DNA of 47,146 nt from an uncultured Methanospirillum sp. (lineage in GTDB: Archaea; Halobacteriota; Methanomicrobia; Methanomicrobiales; Methanospirillaceae). Shown here piece after piece: positions 39,036-47,146 of this stretch; within the stretch, counting starts at the first letter, position 1, and each line of letters starts with the position of its first letter. The notes under the pieces were generated by a model that was not told the origin of the DNA, searched no databases, and saw nothing but the letters and a program-made list of their open reading frames with translations. The position numbers and the translations under genes were made by a program. The DNA lies in the NCBI GenBank assembly GCA_964637135.1, contig CAZWTX010000018.1:1-47146 (forward strand), in the 5' to 3' direction.

Positions 39036-39896
39036 ATGATCTCCCGCTGGTTCATCTGCATGGTGCTCTTCATGGTAATCGCCATGGATCCTGCCTCTGG
39101 TGTCGGCGACGATCCGGTCATCAGGATCGCCATCTTCCAGATGGCACCAGAGGAGGGAAATTTCACGGTAAATCATGCCATGATTGAGAAAGCCATTACC
39201 GTCGCATCTGTAAACGGAGCAGACTGGTTTCTCACGCCTGAGATGGCGGAAAGCGGGTACGAGTTTCTGGAGCACATGACCCTTGATGACGTCCCGGAGT
39301 TTCCCTCCTCCTGGTTCGAGCACCTGGCTACCCTGGCAGAAGCAGAGAACATCACCCTCTTCATCGGGTTTCCCGAACGCAGCGGGGGGAAATACTACAA
39401 CGCGGTCGCGATGATCGACCATGATGGTAATCTCTCAGGGATCCATCAGAAGATAGAGATCATCCCCGGTCCGAACGAGGGGTGGGCGACTCCGGGAGAC
39501 ACCACGCCCCTCATGGCTGACGATCACACAATCGGGTATTATATTTGTGCCGATGTTGCGAATGCAAGCATTACGGATGATTACATCGCTGCCGGGGCAG
39601 ATATCATGCTCTCTTCGGCGGCCTGGTACCCGGATCCCACGATGGGGCCGGAGGAGTACTGGAAGAGTGTGACCGGCAGATCCGGGGTACCACTCGTCAT
39701 CGCGAATACGGTCGGAAAGAAGGGAGAGATTGATTTCACCCATGCCGAGAGCGGGGTATACCAGAACAACACCACGGTGTACACCGTTCCGGCATCAGAA
39801 CAAGTGGTTGCATTCGTGGATTGGAACCCGCAAACCGGGACGATCCGGCCGGGGGGCCTCCCGGTACTCATCGGCAACCAGTCCGGACTGGCATGA
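39036..39896 (+). CDS. Carbon-nitrogen hydrolase (nitrilase superfamily), probable signal peptide
   Basis: Triad motifs TPE, HQK, ICAD; hydrophobic N-terminus from ATG 39036. Confidence 0.85.
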   Translation: MISRWFICMVLFMVIAMDPASGVGDDPVIRIAIFQMAPEEGNFTVNHAMIEKAITVASVNGADWFLTPEMAESGYEFLEHMTLDDVPEFPSSWFEHLATLAEAENITLFIGFPERSGGKYYNAVAMIDHDGNLSGIHQKIEIIPGPNEGWATPGDTTPLMADDHTIGYYICADVANASITDDYIAAGADIMLSSAAWYPDPTMGPEEYWKSVTGRSGVPLVIANTVGKKGEIDFTHAESGVYQNNTTVYTVPASEQVVAFVDWNPQTGTIRPGGLPVLIGNQSGLA

Positions 39897-39961
39897 ATCT
39901 CCGGGGATACCGGAGAGCGGACACATCTGACACTTCATGTCCATGATCATTCCCACAGGCT

Positions 39962-39998
39962 GAAAAAAGAAAGGGATCGGGTACTCACCACCCGATCC
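39962..39998 (-). terminator. Hairpin + U-tract terminator
   Basis: 9-bp stem ggatcgggt/acccgatcc (39974-39998) followed on the minus strand by ctttctttttt. Confidence 0.6.
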
Positions 39999-40318
39999 TA
40001 GGACTCTTCAGGCTCTTCTCCGAGGTCGCAGAATGTATCCTCGTCGAGATCGCTGTACAGCGGGCATCCCGGACAACTGCAGTGAAATCCCTTCGGACAG
40101 GTTCCGGCAAGGGAGTCCGCTTCATCCTGCGTGTCTTCATCGATCAGGTCGAGATTTCCGGATGCGTCGGTGACAACCTTTTTTTCTTCACTCGTGGGAG
40201 CGACCAGCGGATCCTGACAGCCATCCACGGCTGATACCGGCTGAGCAACTGCTATCCCGGCTATAAAACTGATGAGGATGAATATCTGGATGATAAGACG
40301 GATCTGATTATTATTCAT
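39998..40318 (-). CDS. Small secreted acidic Cys-rich protein
   Basis: Signal-like N-terminus; CPKGFHCSCPGCPLYSDLDEDTFCD. Confidence 0.7.
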   Translation of the reverse strand: MNNNQIRLIIQIFILISFIAGIAVAQPVSAVDGCQDPLVAPTSEEKKVVTDASGNLDLIDEDTQDEADSLAGTCPKGFHCSCPGCPLYSDLDEDTFCDLGEEPEES

Positions 40319-40580
40319 GATTATCTCGCAGCGGCAGCAGAATTCGGCCCATACTCTTCAGCATCCCCTTGAACTGGCAGACATGTACTGCAGCAAGTAT
40401 CGCCATGACAAGCCCTGACCAATCGTGGAGATCGGTGATCAGGGCCATCGGCACCTGCCGGTACGTCAGACCAAGTCCGGTGATGAGTCCGGGCCATTTG
40501 ATGATCCCGGTCACGACACAGATAACGGTCGCGATGAGGAGCAGAAAGGCCGTGATTCTGGTAACCGTTTTTTTCTTCAT
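40311..40580 (-). CDS. DUF4405-like small membrane protein
   Basis: VTGII...LHDWSG...AVH pattern with two conserved His. Confidence 0.75.
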   Translation of the reverse strand: MKKKTVTRITAFLLLIATVICVVTGIIKWPGLITGLGLTYRQVPMALITDLHDWSGLVMAILAAVHVCQFKGMLKSMGRILLPLRDNHE

Positions 40581-40806
40581 GACGTTTCACAGGATATCCA
40601 GACCATCTCACGAACGGACGGGAGTCATCAGTAATTATCTTCTGCCGATTCCCGTCTTCGGAATGTGGTCTGGCACAGAAGAGAGATTAACGGGATTCGT
40701 TGATAAAAATATAAAATCCGGCTGGTTCACCCTTTGAACCGGGTGGTTACTGGGGGGAGGAGCCGGACGGATAGAACACCCTGACGGGACCGGACAGGAT
40801 CGCAGA

Positions 40807-42069
40807 TCACACCAGTTCAGGTTCTGGTATCCGGACCTGCTTCGCCCGGTCATAGGTATAGTAGACGATCGCGAAAAGGAGTCCGATAAAGGTGGCCAGC
40901 GACATCCCTTCGAGATCCATCGGACCGATATCAAGAGAGATCTGGGAGAGTCCGCAGATCAGGATCACCGAGACGATGGCAAGGTTTCGCGGTTCGGAGA
41001 GGTCTATCCGGTTCTCGATGAGCATCCGGATCCCGGAGGCGGCGATTACCCCGAAGAGGAGGAGCGAGATGCCGCCGATCACCGGGTCAGGAATCGTCCG
41101 GATCCAGATCGTGAGCTTGCCGCAGAACGCGATGACGATCGCGATTACCGCCGTTCCGGCAAGGATATAGGTACTGTATACCCTTGTTATCGCAAGTACC
41201 CCGATATTCTCGGCATAGGTGGTATTCGGGGGTGACCCGAAAAACCCGGAGATGAGGGTTGAAATTCCTTTTCCGATGAGAGTCCGGTCAATCCCCGGAT
41301 CCCGCATCAGATCCCTGCCCACGATCGTGCCGGTCACTTCGAGATGGCCGACCAGTTCGGCGAAGGTGACAAACGAGGCGGGAATCACCAGGATGATTGC
41401 GTGCACTGACCATTCCGGGGTATAAAACGTAGGGATCGCAAACCAGGGGGCAGCCAGAACCGGTTCTATGCTGACATATCCGGTCAGCACCGAGAGGACG
41501 TACCCTGACAGGATGCCGCACATGATCGGAAAGATCCGAAACATCCCGGTGGTCATGGTCATGAGCACGATCGTGAGAACTAGGGTGAAGAGGGCGATCC
41601 CGATAGACACGGGATCGGGTGTTGTTGCGATGAAACCGGCCATCTTCGCCGCTTCCGGGGCGAGTTCAAGCCCGATGATCGTGACGATCGGGGCGATGAT
41701 AACGCCGGGGAAGAGAACCCTGACCCAGCCGGTTCCCCATTGACGGATCCCGGCAGACGCGAGGAGGAAGAACACCCCTGAGACGATGTACCCGGAGAGA
41801 ACTGCCCCATACCCGATGGTCTGGATGATCACCTGGCTGACCGGGATATAGGCAAAACTCGGGCCGAGATACGCCGGAACCTTCCATCTGCAAACAACAA
41901 GGAAGATAAGCGTCCCGATTCCGTTGAAGAGGAGAACCGTTCCCGGATCGATCCCAAGGATCGTCGGGACTACGATCGTCGCCCCGGCCATTGCAAAGAG
42001 ATGCTGCAGACTGAGGGGGAGAGTGACCGGGAGCGGGGGCCTATCCTCGATCGAGAAGAGGGGTTTCAT
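40807..42069 (-). CDS. uraA: Uracil/xanthine (NCS2) permease
   Basis: SLQHLFAM, VPAYLGPSF, PNTTYAENIG, LFGVIAASG. Confidence 0.88.
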   Translation of the reverse strand: MKPLFSIEDRPPLPVTLPLSLQHLFAMAGATIVVPTILGIDPGTVLLFNGIGTLIFLVVCRWKVPAYLGPSFAYIPVSQVIIQTIGYGAVLSGYIVSGVFFLLASAGIRQWGTGWVRVLFPGVIIAPIVTIIGLELAPEAAKMAGFIATTPDPVSIGIALFTLVLTIVLMTMTTGMFRIFPIMCGILSGYVLSVLTGYVSIEPVLAAPWFAIPTFYTPEWSVHAIILVIPASFVTFAELVGHLEVTGTIVGRDLMRDPGIDRTLIGKGISTLISGFFGSPPNTTYAENIGVLAITRVYSTYILAGTAVIAIVIAFCGKLTIWIRTIPDPVIGGISLLLFGVIAASGIRMLIENRIDLSEPRNLAIVSVILICGLSQISLDIGPMDLEGMSLATFIGLLFAIVYYTYDRAKQVRIPEPELV

Positions 42070-42277
42070 GACGTGAAAGAGTTTCGGTTATACCAATTAA
42101 TCAATGCCGGATTGAAAGGAGCTCCTCTCATCTCCTCATTTATGAGGACAATCCGACCAGGATCAACGGGGTCTACAGCGGATACGGGGAGTCGGCAGAG
42201 TTCTGTCTGCCAGTGGATCCCTGAGATCCCTATCGGTATTCATAATCTATATCTGTCGTCTCCTCCCCACCTCTAAT

Positions 42278-43570
42278 ATGCCATCACCCCGCCTCATTCC
42301 TGTATCCACGTTCATAATATTCCTCATTCTCCTCTTACTAATCACCCCGGCCCTCGCCGGAGAGCGGTATTCGTCCGGTGAACCGGCCCTCGCCGCCGGA
42401 ATCGCCGGGAGCAACGAGCTGCGGATCGGAGAGAAGACCGATCTCGCCGTTACGATCTCCAACAGCGGGGTATACACGATGAAATCGATCGAAGAGGGAT
42501 CGATCACCCCGGACTATCTCCCGACCACCGCACTCTCCCTCTCCGCCCACCTTGACGGGGGGGATAGTCCGGTCACAATCACCTCAGATCCCCAGATCCT
42601 CGGCGATCTTACGTCAGGAAACGTGGCGCAGGCCACCTTCCCGGTGACCGTGCCTGACAAGGCCGTGGCCGGAACCTACGAGATCCCCCTCACTCTCTCC
42701 TACCGGTACATGGACGGGGCAACCCAGACCGGCACCGATGATATCCAGTATACCTTCCGGAACGAAGAGAAGACGATACTCCTCCCGATCACCCTCCGGC
42801 CGGCGGTCCGGCTTGAGATCCGGTCGGTCGACTCAGGAGATCTCAATGTCGGCGGGGAAGGCCACATCGTTGTGATGGTAGAAAATACCGGTACCGATAA
42901 CGGAAAAGAGACCGTATTTACCCTTGAACCAGTCGGGTACAATCCGATCACACCGCTTCAGGACAGTATCTATATCGGGGATTTCCCGGAAGGGAAGACA
43001 GCCACCCTCCCCTTCAAGGTCTCGGTCGCCGACAAGGCCGACCCGTCTGTCCGGTATCCGCTGACCCTTCAGGCAACCTACACCGACTACCAGGGCCTCA
43101 CCGCCGGGACCTCCCCGGCCGAACTCTCTGCCGGGTTCAAACAGAAAGTCACCTTTGAAGTCGTCACCGAACCTGACTCGGTCAGCCCGGGGGGCAAAGA
43201 CGTTATCGAGGTCGGGTACCGGAACACCGGATCGGTCCCGGTCTACAATGCACAGGCAGGGATCAACATCGTCGATCCATTCACGAGTGTTGACGATCAG
43301 TCCTACCTTGGCACCATCCTGCCGGGAGAGACCGCGAATGCCAGGTTCAAACTGAACGTGAACAGCGGCACGACCGTAAAACAATACGGGCTCGACTCCG
43401 AGATCCGGTACACCGACAGCAACCAGACCTCCTTCACCTCGGATCCGATCAAGGTTCCGGTGAACGTAACCGATGGCGGGAACAGCATGCTGCTTTTCGG
43501 CGGGATACTCCTCGTGATCATCCTCATCGGCGGCGGGTTCTTCTATTACCGGCGGATGCAGCAGTCCTGA
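42278..43570 (+). CDS. COG1361 S-layer-domain-like membrane-anchored protein
   Basis: Signal peptide, repeated NTG/NSG beta-sandwich modules, C-terminal TM plus RR. Confidence 0.82.
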   Translation: MPSPRLIPVSTFIIFLILLLLITPALAGERYSSGEPALAAGIAGSNELRIGEKTDLAVTISNSGVYTMKSIEEGSITPDYLPTTALSLSAHLDGGDSPVTITSDPQILGDLTSGNVAQATFPVTVPDKAVAGTYEIPLTLSYRYMDGATQTGTDDIQYTFRNEEKTILLPITLRPAVRLEIRSVDSGDLNVGGEGHIVVMVENTGTDNGKETVFTLEPVGYNPITPLQDSIYIGDFPEGKTATLPFKVSVADKADPSVRYPLTLQATYTDYQGLTAGTSPAELSAGFKQKVTFEVVTEPDSVSPGGKDVIEVGYRNTGSVPVYNAQAGINIVDPFTSVDDQSYLGTILPGETANARFKLNVNSGTTVKQYGLDSEIRYTDSNQTSFTSDPIKVPVNVTDGGNSMLLFGGILLVIILIGGGFFYYRRMQQS

Positions 43571-43580
43571 CGGGGGAGAG

Positions 43581-44903
43581 ATGAACACCCTGAACTCACC
43601 GGCCCGGAGGGGAATAATTTCCCGTCAGGGCAGCATATGCAGCCTGATACTCCTCGTCTGGCTGATCTCATGCATCCTTCCGGTTGGAGCCATGCCTGTC
43701 CCGTTCGGAGAACCGGCCTACACCGCGACGATCACCGGCGGCAACGAACTTTTCCCCGGCAATATCACCCCGCTCACCATAGAGGTCCGCAATACCGCCC
43801 AGACACCAGAGAAGGTGCTTGATCCTGATGACCCGGTTGCTTCAAGCCCGGTCATCGGATACGGGGCAGAACTTACACTCCGGCCGGGTAATGCCCCGGT
43901 CTCAATCCCGGCAACCTCCCTGACCATCCCGGCCCTCCCTGAGAATTCCGGCGTACCGGTCACATTCCCGGTGATTGTTCCGGCAGATGCGATTGCTGGT
44001 GATTATTTCCTGAACCTGGATATCAGCTCACAGTACGCCCGTTCCGTCACGATGGAAGGGATGTCCAACACCTTCCGTTTCCTTCCCTGGAACATGACCC
44101 TCACGATTCCGGTCACGATCACGGAGACGGTCAGGATCAGGGTCGACGCGATCTCCTCATCAAACCTCTCCTCCGGAGAGAACGGTCTTATCTCGGCAAC
44201 GATCACCAACATCGGCCAGTATGCCGGAAGAAACGCATCGGTCGAATTGATCCCTGATAAGGGCAGTCCGCTCAGCCTCTTCCAGGGGAGTGTATTCCTG
44301 GGAACCTTCGCTCCCGGCGTGCAGCGGACCGTGGAATGGCGGGGTTCAGTCGCCGGTGCCCTGGATCAGACGACCGTTCCGGCAACCATCCAGGTCTCCT
44401 ACGAGGATAAGCATCACCTGACCACCGATTCCATCCCGGTTACGGTCGGGATCCCGGTTCAAAGCGGTCCGAAGTTTGAACTGGATTTCGGAAAACCGGA
44501 GATCGAACCGGGCGGATCGGTCACCGTGAATGTCAGGTATACAAACACCGGCGACTCTCCTGCGACGGATGCCTCGGCTAAGATTGTCCCTCTCCCACCC
44601 CTCTCCTCGCCGGAGACGGTCAGAAGCCTCGGGACGATTGAACCGGGAGGCTTCGTTGACGTGGCATATGACCTGAACCTTGAGGGATCGGCCCTTGTCA
44701 AGCGGTACGGGGTGCTCACCGATGTCCGGTACCGGGGCGGGGACGGGCTCGTTGCGATATCAGATCCGATGTACATCGAACTTGAGGGCCGGCCGGCCGG
44801 GATAGAGACGCTCATCTTCTCCCCGCTCTCCCTCGTGATCCTTCTCGGAATCCTCCTCATTGCCGGGTACCTCTTCCTGAAACGGGAAGGAAGGCTGAAC
44901 TGA
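43581..44903 (+). CDS. Second COG1361 S-layer-domain-like protein
   Basis: Same architecture as the upstream paralog (NEL..G, TNTGDSPA, YGVLTDVRY, SDP, C-terminal TM). Confidence 0.82.
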   Translation: MNTLNSPARRGIISRQGSICSLILLVWLISCILPVGAMPVPFGEPAYTATITGGNELFPGNITPLTIEVRNTAQTPEKVLDPDDPVASSPVIGYGAELTLRPGNAPVSIPATSLTIPALPENSGVPVTFPVIVPADAIAGDYFLNLDISSQYARSVTMEGMSNTFRFLPWNMTLTIPVTITETVRIRVDAISSSNLSSGENGLISATITNIGQYAGRNASVELIPDKGSPLSLFQGSVFLGTFAPGVQRTVEWRGSVAGALDQTTVPATIQVSYEDKHHLTTDSIPVTVGIPVQSGPKFELDFGKPEIEPGGSVTVNVRYTNTGDSPATDASAKIVPLPPLSSPETVRSLGTIEPGGFVDVAYDLNLEGSALVKRYGVLTDVRYRGGDGLVAISDPMYIELEGRPAGIETLIFSPLSLVILLGILLIAGYLFLKREGRLN

Positions 44904-44931
44904 TGATCTCTCTCTTCCAGCGAGGGATCAG

Positions 44932-47146
44932 ATGTCCCTGACCGCCCGGTTCTATGAAGGGGTCGCTGACCTCGTACTTGCCCGGCCGGCAGAGATCCTC
45001 CTCGTAATGGCCCTGCTCTTCCTCGGGTCATTCCTCGTGATCGGGAACCTCTCGATGGACTCCGGGGCAGACATCGTCATCTCTGCCGACGATCCCTCGA
45101 TGATATGGTACAACACGTATAACGACGAGTACTCGACCGAGAAGGTCGTCCTCCTCTATATCACCACTCCGGATCCCCTCAACTATCTCCTCCTCCACGA
45201 TCTCCTGGTCCTCGAAGAGGAGTTCTCCCGGTTACCCGGAGTAGTTGGAACAGAGACCGTTGCCGACGTTATAGCAGAAGAGAACGGAGGGACACTTCCC
45301 GCGAATGACGCACGAATAGCCTCTATCTTCAGTACGATCCCGGCATCTGACCGGGAGATGCTGGTCCCTGATAACCTCCACCTCCTCGGGATGATCACGA
45401 CCAGGGGCGATCCGACCGATCTGCTTGATCCTATCCAGTCGGTGATCGATCATGCGGTCCTTCCTCCCGGAGTGAATATCGAGATCAGCGGGAGTGATGC
45501 CTTCAACAGCCAGATGCTCAACGAGATGACGACCCAGATCGTGGTCCTGATTCTGGGAGCATTCGGCCTGATGTTCGTCGGCCTTCTGATCCTCTTCGGC
45601 TCGGTGCGGTACAAGCTCCTTCCCCTGATTTTTGTTCTTGCCGGTCTCGTCTACCTCTTCGGAATCCTCGGGGCATTCCGGGTTTCCCTGAACATCGGGG
45701 CGATAGGAGCGTTTCCAGTCCTGCTGGGTCTTGGGATCGACTATGCCGTCCAGTTCCAGTCCCGGCTCAACGACGAACTCCTCGTCTCGCCGATGGATGA
45801 GGCAATCCGGACGACGATTTGCAACACCGGGTATGCTGTGATGAACGCAATGATCGCGACCGCGATGGGATTTGTCGTCCTCTTCATCACCCCGCTTCCC
45901 ATTCTGACCGGGTTTACCCTGACCGCAATCATCGGGATCTTCTGTGCATACGGGGCGACGCTCTTCGGGTTTCCGGCCCTTGCAATCCTGATGAACTACC
46001 AGCCAAAGACTCCATCCGGAAAGAAGGATGTCTTTGAGAGATACAACGATCTCCTCTCCCACATGGCAGGCCGGATTGCCCAGGCTCCTTTCGTTCTGCT
46101 CATTCTTGTGCTGATGCTTGCCGGTATAGGGATGGTCGTGGACGAGCAGATCCCGATCGATACCACCCAGGACTCGATGGTTCCGCCTGATATGCCGGCG
46201 AAAGTGGTGCTCGACAAGATCACCGATCTCCTCGGATCGCAGACTCCGGTCGAGCTGCTGGTAACCGCTCCGGATCTGACCAGTCTTGAGGTGGTCAGAT
46301 GGATGGACCGGTACGGGTCGTTTATCCAGGATGTCTACCCGCAGGATATCATCGGGGTGAACGGGATCGCCCCGCTCGTGAAGGAGTATAACAACGGCAC
46401 GATCCCGGCCTCACAGGCTGCTCTCGACGAGGTGCTTGCCTCCATCCCAGCGAATGAGAAACGCCCGTATCTCTCCGGGAAGCGATCCGGGGTGATGGAA
46501 CTGAAGACCGTTGATCTCACCTCCCGGGAGTCGAGCGATATGCGGGCGGTTGTGCTCGATACGATCGCCTGGACATCGCCTCCGGCAGGCCTCTCCGCCC
46601 GGACAACGAGCGACTTTGAGGTGGACGCGGTCACCCTGGACGATATCGTGTACTACAAGCCGTTGATGACCAATCTTGCCTTTCTGATGATCTTCTTCTT
46701 CCTGATCCTGGTCTACCGGCATATCGTCTCGGCAGCCCCGCTCTTTCCGATCATCTGCGTCGTCGGATGGAACGCCGTTGTTATGTGGGTCTTCTCCATC
46801 GATTACACCTTTATCACGGCTTCGCTCGGGGCGATCACCATCGGGGTCTCGTCTGAGTACACGATCCTGATGATGGAACGGTACATTGAGGAGAAAGAGA
46901 CGGCGTCAAGTCCGGAGGAGGCTATCAGAAGCAGTGTGCAGAAGATCGGGGCCTCGATCACGGTATCCGGCCTCGTGACAGCATTCGGGTTTTCTGCCCT
47001 GCTCCTCTCGTCCTTCCCGATCATCGCCAATTTCGGGATCATGACCGTGATAGCGGTCGTCTTCTCGCTGATCGGGGCGATCGTTATCATGCCGGCCGTG
47101 CTCTCGATCATGGGAAAACTCGAAGACCGGGTGGTCAGGAAGCGAT
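44932..47146 (+). CDS. RND/MMPL transporter, HAE3 type (runs off the window end; absent from the ORF track)
   Basis: GAGGG RBS, then MSLTARFYEGVADLV...; LLGLGIDYAVQF and TIGVSSEYTILMMERY in the same frame; reads ...VVRKR at the window end. Confidence 0.9.
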   Translation, partial: MSLTARFYEGVADLVLARPAEILLVMALLFLGSFLVIGNLSMDSGADIVISADDPSMIWYNTYNDEYSTEKVVLLYITTPDPLNYLLLHDLLVLEEEFSRLPGVVGTETVADVIAEENGGTLPANDARIASIFSTIPASDREMLVPDNLHLLGMITTRGDPTDLLDPIQSVIDHAVLPPGVNIEISGSDAFNSQMLNEMTTQIVVLILGAFGLMFVGLLILFGSVRYKLLPLIFVLAGLVYLFGILGAFRVSLNIGAIGAFPVLLGLGIDYAVQFQSRLNDELLVSPMDEAIRTTICNTGYAVMNAMIATAMGFVVLFITPLPILTGFTLTAIIGIFCAYGATLFGFPALAILMNYQPKTPSGKKDVFERYNDLLSHMAGRIAQAPFVLLILVLMLAGIGMVVDEQIPIDTTQDSMVPPDMPAKVVLDKITDLLGSQTPVELLVTAPDLTSLEVVRWMDRYGSFIQDVYPQDIIGVNGIAPLVKEYNNGTIPASQAALDEVLASIPANEKRPYLSGKRSGVMELKTVDLTSRESSDMRAVVLDTIAWTSPPAGLSARTTSDFEVDAVTLDDIVYYKPLMTNLAFLMIFFFLILVYRHIVSAAPLFPIICVVGWNAVVMWVFSIDYTFITASLGAITIGVSSEYTILMMERYIEEKETASSPEEAIRSSVQKIGASITVSGLVTAFGFSALLLSSFPIIANFGIMTVIAVVFSLIGAIVIMPAVLSIMGKLEDRVVRKR

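Noticed and set aside
44459..47111. Several minus-strand ORFs in the track
   Set aside because: Antisense shadows of the plus-strand COG1361 and RND genes

Overview
Archaeal-looking genomic window, most likely a Methanomicrobiales methanogen such as a Methanospirillum/Methanoregula relative. This is inferred from the soluble multi-PAS chemoreceptor, the PAS/GAF kinase, the COG1361 S-layer-like proteins beside an HAE3-type RND pump, and the HTH_45-like regulator. The left ~14 kb looks like part of an integrated mobile/defence island. It contains a 5'-truncated primase/Zn-finger/AAA+ replication-like gene and a type I R-M locus in the order hsdR-[YwgA/SocA-like small protein + SAMHD1-like HD dNTPase]-hsdS-[Schlafen/AlbA_2-HATPase-HTH]-hsdM. 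It also carries three clusters of 10-bp-period GGACA repeats before hsdM and an MNT-HEPN toxin-antitoxin pair with a frameshifted HEPN gene, bracketed by 46-bp imperfect direct repeats. The remaining ~33 kb is ordinary accessory/housekeeping content: GNAT, GrpB, DJ-1, chagasin-like inhibitor, methyltransferases, TetR-amidohydrolase, orphan Dam, Na+/H+ antiporter, ABC exporter, MCP, flavoprotein, histidine kinase, C-N hydrolase, uracil permease and an S-layer-like/RND operon. The best candidate for an undescribed system is the AT-rich two-gene YwgA-like + HD dNTPase cassette nested, together with a Schlafen protein, inside the type I R-M operon. No tRNA, rRNA, CRISPR array, integrase or transposase was seen. 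All family calls come from motif recognition by eye, not database searches.
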